Shown: positions 26,926 to 36,223 of the stretch, one piece after another
Numbering within the stretch: position 1 is the stretch's first letter
Layout: each line of letters begins with the position of its first letter
DNA from: a virus
Virus record (IMG/VR): IMGVR_UViG_3300005841_000036
Location: 4,398-68,397 of that record
Length of the DNA stretch: 64,000 nt
Strand: one strand, 5' to 3'
The notes under the pieces: generated by a model
What the model saw: only the letters and a program-made list of their open reading frames with translations
What the model was told of the DNA's origin: nothing
Database searches by the model: none
Made by a program: the position numbers and the translations under genes

Positions 26926-27944
26926 TGCCATCGCATGGTGCGACCATACATTTCAACCCGTGGATTGGCTGCACGAAGGTTAGCGCCGGCTGCGCAAACT
27001 GCTATGCCGAAGCGTCGATGGATCTGCGGTTGAAGAAAGCGAAGTGGGGCGACAGCGGGACTCGAGTTCGGACATCGGCGAGCAATTGGGGCGATCCGAT
27101 CAAGTGGGATCGCTGGGCACGCGATGGGGTTTGCCTCTACTGCAGCGGGCGAGGATTCAACGCGACCAAGGGGAAGGGCGAGAAGCCCGACAAGCTCGAG
27201 CATTGCGATTTTTGCGACGGCCGCGGCTATGTCGATCCGTATCGAGCTCGAGTTTTCTGTGCGAGCCTTGCCGACGTGTTCGAGGATCGCCGAGACCTGG
27301 ATCCGATCCGCCTTGACCTCTTCGCGCTGATCGACCAGTGCCAGAACCTCGACTGGCTACTGCTGACGAAGCGGCCGGAATGCGTCGCCCGGTTGATGCC
27401 GGAATATCACCCGTGCGGGCGCCCGGGATGCGAGGTCTTGCACGTCCGGCCAAATGTCTGGCTGGGGACGTCAGTTGAGAACCAGGCTTACGCGGATGAG
27501 CGGATCCCGCATTTGCTGCGAGTGCCCGCGGCGGTTCGATTCTTGTCTGTCGAGCCGCTGCTGGGGCCGATCACAATTCACGCTCTGCTGAATCATGTCC
27601 GCGGGGGAATGACTGGTGACGGGCGTTGCTGCTGCTGCGGTGAATCTATCCGGAGTACTGCGGCGGCGTTCCACTTCGCCAACTGCCCCAGGCAAAAATC
27701 ACTGATCGACTGGGTGATCGTCGGCGGCGAGAGCGGCCCGAACGCCCGGCCGTGCGATATTGCATGGATCCGTGACATTCGCAACCAGTGCAAAGATGCC
27801 GGTGTCGCTTGCTTTGTGAAACAACTGGGGGCGGCCTGCCGACTCGGCGAGGCTGAGTTTCCGCTGTCCGATCCGAAGGGCGGCGACCAGTCAGAATGGC
27901 CAATGGATTTACTCATTCGTCAACTCCCCGAGGTGGCCCGATGA
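26912..27944 (+). CDS. DUF5131 (phage Gp37/Gp68) protein, frameshifted at codon 14
   Basis: MGQNSAIAWCDHTF in one frame, FNPWIGCTKVSAGCANCYAE...LLLTKRP...VWLGTSVENQ...WVIVGGESG in +1 frame. Confidence 0.8.
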
Positions 27945-28177
27945 CTCGCGACCAGGCCCGGGCGATCGTCGCCAAGCTGCCGGACCTGCGCACCTCGACG
28001 ATTCAAGCAATGGTCGACCGCGAGCTATCCAAGTTGAATCCTCGGAATTCACTCGCGAAAATGGAAATCTCGGAAGTGCTTTGGGCTATGGCTAGCGAGG
28101 CGATGGTCGCCCGCATGAAGGGGAGAACTGTTCAAGACGAAGGGAAACCAGATGAAATCGACATCATCGAAGATTAG
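27941..28177 (+). CDS. hypothetical protein
   Basis: GAGG RBS, ATGA-coupled. Confidence 0.55.
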   Translation: MTRDQARAIVAKLPDLRTSTIQAMVDRELSKLNPRNSLAKMEISEVLWAMASEAMVARMKGRTVQDEGKPDEIDIIED

Positions 28178-28808
28178 CTGCCCGCTTTGCCTGCACGCGT
28201 ACGACTACAATCCGGCCCTCGCCTGGGCGCCGTTTCAATGCCTCGAGTGCGGAACGCTGATCAAGCTCCCGCCGGCCCGAGGATCCGCCGAGCCGGTCGG
28301 ACCGACCAGATCGCCCTCGAGGATCGACCGGCATTTCGAGGCGGTCCTCGCCGACGAACTGCAGCCCGCGCAGGCCGCCCGAGTCTCCCGCCGGCGGATG
28401 GCCGCTCGCCCGACATGGCTCGACGTCGCGCCGGTTATCACCGCGGTCGCTGCGGTCGCGATCCTGGTTGTGGTTGGTACTGTAATGCTGATTCACCGGC
28501 AACTCAGTGCGAGCAGCGCGGGCAAGCTGCTGCTGCCGACCTCGCCCGGGCAACTGACCGCGCCGGCAACGCCTGCCGAAGCCAAGGCCCGCGAGCGGCA
28601 AGCGGCATGGGACCATGTGGTGAGGATCCGCGGCGAGATCGAGGCCAACAAGGTCGAGACCGCGCGGCTACTAAACGCCCTGCGCGAGTCGACGTCGAAA
28701 CACTTTTCGGAAAATCAGCGGAAGCTAAACGCCGCGCGCAAGAAGACCGAGGACCTCGCCGCGGAAGAAACGCGATGGCTTGAACACTATGGCAGGATCA
28801 ACCCATGA
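28152..28808 (+). CDS. Zn-ribbon/transmembrane/coiled-coil protein
   Basis: CPLC..CLEC, hydrophobic VITAVAAVAILVVVGTVML, C-terminal coiled coil. Confidence 0.6.
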   Translation: MKSTSSKISCPLCLHAYDYNPALAWAPFQCLECGTLIKLPPARGSAEPVGPTRSPSRIDRHFEAVLADELQPAQAARVSRRRMAARPTWLDVAPVITAVAAVAILVVVGTVMLIHRQLSASSAGKLLLPTSPGQLTAPATPAEAKARERQAAWDHVVRIRGEIEANKVETARLLNALRESTSKHFSENQRKLNAARKKTEDLAAEETRWLEHYGRINP

Positions 28809-29380
28809 GCAAAGACGAACTGATCGCGATGATCCTCGCCGCTTGCGACCAACTCGAGGACGTCGGCGTCTGGCAAGTGCGGTTCGTGCGGCTACTCTTC
28901 CGCGGGCTGGCGGTCGACGGGTCCTCGCAGGTGCGCGATATGGCGGTCAATTCCAGCGAGCAGCCGAGGGACAATACATTCTCGATTTCGGTTGAGGGCC
29001 GGGTTTCCTTCCTGGTCAGGACCAAAGGCGTTTACCCCATGACCGATTACGCCCTTTGCCGCGATACGACCGCGCAGGTCCAGTACATGAACGGGTTGGT
29101 ACGCGACCTGTTCACCTCGAGCGGGATCAGCGAGGATCCCCGGCCGCCGCGGCCCGTGCAGCCGTCGGGCGAGGTTGCGCCCTGGTGGCGATGGGGCCAG
29201 AGTGCCGTCTGGATGGGGCAGGAGCGGCCGGATGACTATCGGCCAGCCCTGCCGGTCAGAAATGGCGATCCGCCGCGGTGGCCGGTACCATCACTCCCTC
29301 TATCGCAGCGGGTGGGCCAGTTCGAGACTCCCGAGGAGTACGAGGCGCGGATGCGACGGATTGACGAAATTGACGACTGA
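28805..29380 (+). CDS. hypothetical protein
   Basis: ATGA-coupled 191-aa ORF. Confidence 0.5.
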   Translation: MSKDELIAMILAACDQLEDVGVWQVRFVRLLFRGLAVDGSSQVRDMAVNSSEQPRDNTFSISVEGRVSFLVRTKGVYPMTDYALCRDTTAQVQYMNGLVRDLFTSSGISEDPRPPRPVQPSGEVAPWWRWGQSAVWMGQERPDDYRPALPVRNGDPPRWPVPSLPLSQRVGQFETPEEYEARMRRIDEIDD

Positions 29381-29423
29381 CGGTCAATCCGTGTAACCTC
29401 ACTCCAAGGGAACCGCCTGGGGA

Positions 29424-29993
29424 GTGAATGGCATGAGCTGGTTTTTCTGGTTGACCGGACTCGAATTCGCGCTGGGGATCCTGATGATCCTCTTGTCGCA
29501 ATCACCATCGCCCCTCGATCCCAGCTGGGGCGCCTACCTCCGCGATGGCGGGGCGGTCGCCGCGGTCCTCTTCACGACAAGCGCATTCTGCGGTGTTCTC
29601 TGGTGGGTCCTCAAAACGCAAAACGAGCAGATGACCGCGCGGGATGCAGCGCACGCTGCGACGATCGAGAAGCTGACCAGCACACATACGGCGACGGTGG
29701 AAAAACTAACCGACCGCCACATCAAATCACAGGAGCGATCGGCCAGGCTCTGCCACGGGGTTCACCGAGAAAGCACAATGGCGGTCCTGCAATCCGCTGT
29801 CGTGATGGGTAAAGTAAATCAGACCATCGAGGGACTTGCCGGGTTTACCCGGAACGTCAAGCCAACCGACTCGCAGAAGATCGACGCCGAAATGCTTCGC
29901 AAGCAGATCGCCGATTTGCAGCGGGCGCAAGAGGACGACTTGAAGCGAGAGACCAAAGAGGCCGCGCTAGACGAAGATTCACAGGACAAGTAA
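29424..29993 (+). CDS. membrane protein (holin-like)
   Basis: Two hydrophobic segments then coiled coil. Confidence 0.5.
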   Translation: MNGMSWFFWLTGLEFALGILMILLSQSPSPLDPSWGAYLRDGGAVAAVLFTTSAFCGVLWWVLKTQNEQMTARDAAHAATIEKLTSTHTATVEKLTDRHIKSQERSARLCHGVHRESTMAVLQSAVVMGKVNQTIEGLAGFTRNVKPTDSQKIDAEMLRKQIADLQRAQEDDLKRETKEAALDEDSQDK

Positions 29994-30010
29994 CGAGAAG
30001 GGAACCGCGT

Positions 30011-30496
30011 ATGTCGCCGATCGTATGGGATAAAGTCTGGGGAGTGGTCAAGGGTGCGGTGATCGCATCCATCGGATTCCTTCTCGCCTACTTTACCGAC
30101 CACCTAGCGGACCTCGGGCTATCGCCCCTGCAGCTGTCCGCACTGACCGCGGTCCTATCGATCCTCACGAACGGGATCAAGCAGACTTATGGGGCGATCA
30201 CCGAATCGAACGCGTCGCCCGATGGTGCCGCGCTCTTCGGCGGAAGCGCACGCGATGCCCTCTCGAGGATGAGGCTACGCCTTGCGATCAAGGCGATCGC
30301 GGCATCGAAGGGGATCACCGGTGTCACGAACGAACACGTCGACGAAGCCCTCGCCGAGATCCAGGCCCGCGGGCCTATCGGCAATATCTGGGAGTGGATC
30401 ACCGCGCATCCCGACGTGATCGCTCTGATCTTGAAGGTGATCATGGCGACGGTCGCCAAGTCTGAATCGGCCGACGAAATCCAGGTGAAGCTATGA
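30011..30496 (+). CDS. membrane protein (holin-like)
   Basis: N-terminal two-TM pattern KGAVIASIGFLLAYF / LTAVLSILTNGIK. Confidence 0.55.
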   Translation: MSPIVWDKVWGVVKGAVIASIGFLLAYFTDHLADLGLSPLQLSALTAVLSILTNGIKQTYGAITESNASPDGAALFGGSARDALSRMRLRLAIKAIAASKGITGVTNEHVDEALAEIQARGPIGNIWEWITAHPDVIALILKVIMATVAKSESADEIQVKL

Positions 30497-31365
30497 GCAG
30501 CTATGAAATGTCGGCCGCGGCCCTCGAGGTCCAGCGCAAGCGGGCGGAATCAGCCCCCGCCACTTCTCGACCCTGGGCCTGGATGCTGGCGCTTGTCGCT
30601 GGTCTCTGCGGCGGTGGCTATGCCGTAATGAGCGACCCGGGCCCCGCGCCGGTGGTCGAGGTCGACTACGTTACGGCCGATCTGGCGAAGTCCCTCGAGG
30701 CGATCAAGGCCCTGGCTTGCAAGTGCCCGCCGGCGGTCGCTGCCCCTACGGATCCGAAGAAGCCAGACAATCCCGAGATCCTGACTGTCGAGGCGATCTC
30801 GGCCCCCGGTGTTGCCGAGCTCCGCGCGTCCGGCAAGTTCACCGAAATCCGATGGAACCGAACGGACATTCGGAAATATGAGAACGATCATGTAGCTATC
30901 CTGGTCGCCCCGCCCGGCAGCTATGCGTTTGTTGTGTCCGCCTCGGGGATCATCAACGGCCACTTGGTCCTCGACCAGCAGACGATCAACGTCGTAATCG
31001 ATGGGCCCCCGCCGCCGACTCCGACCACGCCCGACAAGCCCCCGGTTGTGACTCCTCCCATTGTCACGCCGGACCCTACGATCAAGCCGATCCGCGCGAC
31101 CTACGTTTACGAGCGCCGGCAGGGATCGGTCCCGCCCCCGGTCCTGGTCGCCCTCGACAAGCTCAACCGCGCCGGCGTTGTTGCTAACCCGATCGACCAA
31201 AACGTGATTTCCGGGAAGGGGCAGGCGCCTGCGCAGCATGCGGTGGCGCTTTCAGAGGCCGCCAAGGCCGGGATCCCGTGTTTGGTGGTCGAGTACTCGA
31301 GCGGGGCGCCGAAGGTGGTAAAGAATCCGACGACCGAAGCCCAGGTGATGGAGGCCGCGAAATGA
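30493..31365 (+). CDS. membrane-anchored Pro-rich protein with thioredoxin-like C-terminus
   Basis: TM segment, PT-rich linker, GIPCLVV...NPTTEAQV. Confidence 0.55.
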   Translation: MSSYEMSAAALEVQRKRAESAPATSRPWAWMLALVAGLCGGGYAVMSDPGPAPVVEVDYVTADLAKSLEAIKALACKCPPAVAAPTDPKKPDNPEILTVEAISAPGVAELRASGKFTEIRWNRTDIRKYENDHVAILVAPPGSYAFVVSASGIINGHLVLDQQTINVVIDGPPPPTPTTPDKPPVVTPPIVTPDPTIKPIRATYVYERRQGSVPPPVLVALDKLNRAGVVANPIDQNVISGKGQAPAQHAVALSEAAKAGIPCLVVEYSSGAPKVVKNPTTEAQVMEAAK

Positions 31366-32246
31366 CACTCATTGGCCAACGAATCGACCCCGCCCTAATC
31401 GACGTTACGCTCCCTCCCTCGGGATACTCGGCCGAGGCCAAGGCTCGCGACACGCGCGAGAACATGATGGCGGCGGCCGGCGCTGCAGCCCGGGACTTTC
31501 CCCCCGAGTTGAAGATCGAGCCGCGGCTGTACGCTGCGAAGGCGGCCGAGAACGAAGCGAATAAGACTTGGCCGTTTCACTACGTCGACCGCTTCACCAA
31601 CCAGAACCCAACCGACGAGTGCACTTGCCACTCTCTTTCCCGAGGGTTTGAAGCGTGCTGGAATCGTCAGCGCGGCGTGATCTATGGCGGCCCGAAAGCC
31701 GGCGTCAGGCTCGAGGACTCGGCCAAATACGGATCCGTTTGGGTATCTCCGCTGTCGGTCTACTCCGAGGCCAACCCTCGCATACGCGGCGGGGCGGACT
31801 GCCGGCAGGTGATGGAGATCGCCGTCCGCCGCGGATTCTTGCCCGACAAGATTCAGCCTCGGGACTACGGGTTCAAGCATCAGCTGCAGGGCACGACCGG
31901 CAAGGGCGGTATCAACCAGTCGAGCGGCCCGTGGGTCGCCGTGCGAGACTTCCCCGCGGGCTGGGAAGAGACCGCGAAGAACTTCCGGATCCTCGAGGTG
32001 ATCTTTCCCGAGTCGGTGGACGAGATCATTTCGCTTGTGATGCACGGAATGATTGTGAACGTCGGCCGCAACGGGCACGCGATCCCCTACGCGTTCTACG
32101 ATCCCGATCAGCAGCTTATGGGCTATATCGATTCTTACGACATCGTCAGATTCGACTCGATGCGCACGATCCGGTCGGCTGTCGGCGGCGCCTCGGCGAT
32201 CTCTGCGGTGAGTGTTCCCGATGATTGGATGAAACCCGCGGCCTGA
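31362..32246 (+). CDS. papain-like (C1) cysteine peptidase
   Basis: NQNPTDECTCHS (Gln/Cys), SPLSVY, GHAI (His), IDSY. Confidence 0.7.
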   Translation: MTLIGQRIDPALIDVTLPPSGYSAEAKARDTRENMMAAAGAAARDFPPELKIEPRLYAAKAAENEANKTWPFHYVDRFTNQNPTDECTCHSLSRGFEACWNRQRGVIYGGPKAGVRLEDSAKYGSVWVSPLSVYSEANPRIRGGADCRQVMEIAVRRGFLPDKIQPRDYGFKHQLQGTTGKGGINQSSGPWVAVRDFPAGWEETAKNFRILEVIFPESVDEIISLVMHGMIVNVGRNGHAIPYAFYDPDQQLMGYIDSYDIVRFDSMRTIRSAVGGASAISAVSVPDDWMKPAA

Positions 32247-32342
32247 CGCTGGCGAGCTAAATGCCCGGTTGCGTTGACGCCCTGCCACCCATCGCGCAAA
32301 CTAATCAAGCGCTTTCGATTTCCTCTCTTCTCGAGGCAAGCA

Positions 32343-32591
32343 ATGAGATCTGCAATTTTCTCTCTGGTGGTCGCGATGGCGACGACGGCGGTTTCGCTCG
32401 AGCCTTCTCAGGTCGACGCCAAGCCGGCCGGGATGGTCTGCGATGCCAGCGGATGCCGGCCCGCGGCTTCGAGTGGTGCCGGTCGAGTCGCTGCCGGCGT
32501 GCGAGGGATCCTCGGGCGACTGCTGGGAGTCCAGCGACGCCAGGACCGCCGCGCGGCTCGCCAGGAACGACGCGCCGCGCGGCGAGGTTGA
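32343..32591 (+). CDS. small secreted basic protein
   Basis: Signal-like N-terminus, VCDASGC, Arg-rich tail. Confidence 0.55.
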   Translation: MRSAIFSLVVAMATTAVSLEPSQVDAKPAGMVCDASGCRPAASSGAGRVAAGVRGILGRLLGVQRRQDRRAARQERRAARRG

Positions 32592-32795
32592 TGCAGTCCC
32601 GGTAGCTAGCTAACCCGGGGAGGTGTTGGGTTTAAGTCCCGACGCCCGCTCTTAAAAATACCCTTTTGATGACGACGCGGAGATCGATCGCCGAACGGCG
32701 GGGGAGAGGGACAAAGCCCCTCGCGAATCGGAACCTCCAAACACCCACCCAAGCCCCGCCAGCCCTCGGCGGGGCGATTTCGCAGGGTCCAGCCA

Positions 32796-33134
32796 ATGAC
32801 AATGTCCCGCTCCTTCGAGCAACAGACCTGGACAATTCTGGCTGGTGCGCCCGGCGGCGGCGTTTCCAACGCTATCGACCTCAAGGGGGTTGCGGGCGGT
32901 GGGTATCAGATCCCGGCCGCGATCACGAACACGACGGCGACTTTCCAGGTGTCGGCCGATGGCACGACCTACACGCCCTTGCGCGACTCGAGCAATTCCG
33001 ACGTGACTCGCACGATCGCGGCGTCGAAAGCCTACGCCCTGCCCGATGAGCTTTTCGGCTGGCGATATGCCAAGCTGGTCCTGAACGGCAATGAGGCGGC
33101 CGATCGCACGATCCTCTTGTCGCTGAGCAGCTAA
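32796..33134 (+). CDS. putative virion protein
   Basis: SNAIDL...TFQVSADGTTY beta-sandwich pattern. Confidence 0.6.
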   Translation: MTMSRSFEQQTWTILAGAPGGGVSNAIDLKGVAGGGYQIPAAITNTTATFQVSADGTTYTPLRDSSNSDVTRTIAASKAYALPDELFGWRYAKLVLNGNEAADRTILLSLSS

Positions 33135-33136
33135 GC

Positions 33137-34558
33137 ATGGCAAACCGTCAAGCGCTGATGCGCCCTAAGCGATCGCTGCCGATCCCAAGATCGAGCCTCC
33201 TGTTCTATCACGCATTGAACGAGGGCACCGGCGACACGATCAACGATACCAGCGGCAACGGATATCACACGGTCCGCGGTGATAGCGGCAGCAATAAGCC
33301 CTCCTGGACGTCGAAGGGTTTGCAGTTCGATGGATCCGAGGTGACTTACCAGCGGTTCAAACTGACCGCTCCAATTGCCTCTATCCGCACGCTTCACTTT
33401 TGTTTCAAGGCTCCGCTTGCTGCGCTCGGACAAGCGAACATGGCCGCGAGTCGCGTGCTTGCCAGCAGCGACGACTCGACCGGCCTAATGTGGATCCTTG
33501 GCAATCGAGTCTATGGATTCAACGGATCCACCGGCGTAGTTAACTACTACGAAGGGCTGCAACAGGCAGCGGTGGGCAAGGTCAATATCAATTTGACCGG
33601 CACGGCCAATTATCGCACGCCCGGCATGCGTCCAGATGGCGGCGTGATTGTCCTGTCTTTTCGATCCGACAATACCGTTTGGGTTGACGGTCTGAGCAAT
33701 CAGCCGGCGATGAGCGGACTTGCCGACGCCGTCGACCTGTCAGGCTCTTATGGCCGCGTAGGCAACGTCTGGGTGGGCTGTTCGTCCAATGCGGCTGGCG
33801 ACGTGGCCACGTATGCCAATCGCCCGGCGAGCATGACACTGATCGGGATCGCGGGTTATTCGGCCGCCCAATCGGACGCCGACATGCTTGCAACTGCCAA
33901 TGGCCTCGGCGCCCAAGCGAGGAATCGCGGCGAGACGTGGCCCTGGACGAACGTTCTTGAGACGAATCGCGTCGTCGTTTTGATGGGCGACTCGATCACC
34001 GAGTACTCGCAGACCGAATTCGAGACGGCCAGCCACGACAACACGTTCGGCTTCAAACCGAAGCTCTACAACGTGGCGAGGGCCGGGGCATCGGCCATTC
34101 CCGACTTGCAGCGCGAGGTTAATGCGAAACTCTATTACCCACTCGCAAATACAGCCTTGCAAACCGGCTCGCAGAACATCATCTATATCCACTATGGGGC
34201 AAATCCTAGCACTGGCGACACAGGATCGAGCGGTATCGGAACCTTTAACGCGATCGTCGCTGCCATTACCGCGATGACGGCTGATCTGCCTTCCAACGTA
34301 AAGTTCGTGATCTCGCCGATGTATAGCGGCTCTGGCGGTCGCGATACGATCAAGAACGATTTGAATACTCGACTCTACAATCAATATGGGTCGACGCCAG
34401 GCAATCGCGTTTCTGTGATCCCAGCGGCCAGTTTCCCGCACATGGTTCCGGACGGAAGCTATTCGAACACGACCTATTTTAGCGACGGAGTCCACCCCGC
34501 AACGGCTGGCAAGGCAGAACAAACCGCTGGCGTTGGCGCGTGGTTCGCTCAGGTCTAG
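33137..34558 (+). CDS. LamG-like + SGNH/GDSL hydrolase virion protein
   Basis: NEGTGDTINDTSGNG, MGDSIT, AGAS, YGAN, DGVHP. Confidence 0.8.
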   Translation: MANRQALMRPKRSLPIPRSSLLFYHALNEGTGDTINDTSGNGYHTVRGDSGSNKPSWTSKGLQFDGSEVTYQRFKLTAPIASIRTLHFCFKAPLAALGQANMAASRVLASSDDSTGLMWILGNRVYGFNGSTGVVNYYEGLQQAAVGKVNINLTGTANYRTPGMRPDGGVIVLSFRSDNTVWVDGLSNQPAMSGLADAVDLSGSYGRVGNVWVGCSSNAAGDVATYANRPASMTLIGIAGYSAAQSDADMLATANGLGAQARNRGETWPWTNVLETNRVVVLMGDSITEYSQTEFETASHDNTFGFKPKLYNVARAGASAIPDLQREVNAKLYYPLANTALQTGSQNIIYIHYGANPSTGDTGSSGIGTFNAIVAAITAMTADLPSNVKFVISPMYSGSGGRDTIKNDLNTRLYNQYGSTPGNRVSVIPAASFPHMVPDGSYSNTTYFSDGVHPATAGKAEQTAGVGAWFAQV

Positions 34559-34659
34559 GAGTAGTCGCATGCAACCAATCAGACCGGCAAGCTAGCGAAT
34601 CGCCACGCTAGATCTTCCCGTAGTAGTAGCATGGCGAAACCAGCACACACGGAAACCAA

Positions 34660-35574
34660 ATGACACCCGCCGCCCCTCTCGCTTCGCGCGTTGCTCCCAC
34701 CTCGATCCGCGTTCTACTCGCTGCCTGGCGCGCCGAGAATCAGAATTGGATTGCTGCCACCGACGCCGCCCTCCCTCGCCCCCAATGGTGGGAAGCCGTC
34801 GAGGACCTGATCGACCAGTCAAGCGCAAACCCCTCGATCGTTGAACCGCACTACTCGCGCGGCCTGATCGACCTGATCGACGCTTACCTCGACTTTCTGC
34901 CCAAGGTGCAGACCGGGCTACTCCCCGAGCGGCCGACGTCGCGCATCATGCGGGCTCTGGGCGAGCTCGAGATCGCCGATACGAAGGGGCCGGAAGTCCG
35001 CCGGCGGACCGAGCCGATCGAGGAACTCCGCAAGCTCGACCCGCCCATTCAGCACGACCAGGTCGCGAAAATGTACGGCGTTACTCAGCAGCAAGCTGCA
35101 ATGCTGCTGGCCGGCAAGTGGTCGCTGCCTGCAGGCCATACGACGCCCGAGGAACGCGATCGAGCGAATGCCGAACTGGCGCAGGCTAAAGCCCTTAAAG
35201 AGGCTTTCAAGCGATGGAGCGAGCGGGCGGACGCCGTGGCGCCGGGTGCTGACTGGAAAGCCCCGCCCGAGTCGATCGAGGAACTGCTGGCTCTGCCGGG
35301 GATGACGGTCGAGCAGGTCGCCGTCATGCACCGCGTTCCGGTCGAGCAAGTCCAGGCGATCCAGGCCGGCAAGGCGTTTGTCCCGCCGGTCAACACTGCC
35401 GGGCAGGCGGTCGGATCCCTCGAGCTATCGACGAGCGACCTCGAGGACGAGGTGATCAAGATGCACAAAGAGGCCCCCGATCTCAAGGCCAGCGAGATCG
35501 CCGAAATGGTCGGTAACGGCATGACGCCGCAGCGGGTGGGCAAGATCCTGGCCGCGGTCGCCAAGGGCGAGTAA
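34660..35574 (+). CDS. multi-HTH-like protein
   Basis: Repeats EPIEELRKL..QVAKMYGV, ESIEELLAL..QVAVMHRV, and EIAEMVG..PQRVGKIL. Confidence 0.6.
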   Translation: MTPAAPLASRVAPTSIRVLLAAWRAENQNWIAATDAALPRPQWWEAVEDLIDQSSANPSIVEPHYSRGLIDLIDAYLDFLPKVQTGLLPERPTSRIMRALGELEIADTKGPEVRRRTEPIEELRKLDPPIQHDQVAKMYGVTQQQAAMLLAGKWSLPAGHTTPEERDRANAELAQAKALKEAFKRWSERADAVAPGADWKAPPESIEELLALPGMTVEQVAVMHRVPVEQVQAIQAGKAFVPPVNTAGQAVGSLELSTSDLEDEVIKMHKEAPDLKASEIAEMVGNGMTPQRVGKILAAVAKGE

Positions 35575-35653
35575 TCCAGCGTGCGGGCCGGCGGCCGGAC
35601 TCGAGCGATCGACCCGCGCCGCCGCCCTTCCCCCAGTCTCCAGAGGATGCGCC

Positions 35654-36223
35654 ATGTCCACCGATTCCGCCCCTGTCGACCTCGCTGCTGCGGGCCCGTT
35701 CGTCGAGCGGCATTCCTTCCGCGCCGAGCTCCACCGGTGTTCATTCGATCTCGAGACGGTCCGCAACCAGGCCGCGGCATGGGTCGACGCTGCGCTCGAC
35801 GGCCTCGATCCGACCGAGATCTCGCCCCGCGCACGGCAGCGGATTGCCGACGCTCACCGCGCCGCCCTGATCAAGGCGACCACCGACCAGCTACCAAAGC
35901 CGGCGGTGTTCAACGGCTGGACTCCCTCGCCCTTGCAGGTATGCCGCGACATGCGCGAGATGATCGCTCGCACGCTCATCCACGGAAAGCCCTCGATCCC
36001 GATCTGGGGGCGGCTCGACGTCCACTCGATCGAGGACATACCCGATCAGATCGTCGGCCGAGCGTATAATCCCGAGTACTTCCCCGCGGTCTCGAATACC
36101 GCCACGCTGCGCAACGATGAGTTCGTCGCGTTCGAGGTCGAGTCGACGCCCGATCTGCGGCGAGCGGCCCTCGAGTGGGTCAAAGAGCGCGGGCTGGTCA
36201 TGCTGCGGCCGGGGGTGGTCTGA
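35654..36223 (+). CDS. hypothetical protein
   Basis: GAGG RBS, 189 aa. Confidence 0.6.
   Translation: MSTDSAPVDLAAAGPFVERHSFRAELHRCSFDLETVRNQAAAWVDAALDGLDPTEISPRARQRIADAHRAALIKATTDQLPKPAVFNGWTPSPLQVCRDMREMIARTLIHGKPSIPIWGRLDVHSIEDIPDQIVGRAYNPEYFPAVSNTATLRNDEFVAFEVESTPDLRRAALEWVKERGLVMLRPGVV

Noticed and set aside
26700-26951. ORF-track start for the DUF5131 gene
   Set aside because: Overlaps another gene; the family N-terminus and RBS lie at 26912 in another frame
32577-32653. Functional tRNA gene
   Set aside because: No complete acceptor stem or D-arm, and a non-canonical T-loop; kept only as a low-interest finding
32700-32730. GGGACAAAGCC as a c-di-GMP-I riboswitch
   Set aside because: Lacks the GCAAAC/GAAA P2 elements of that motif
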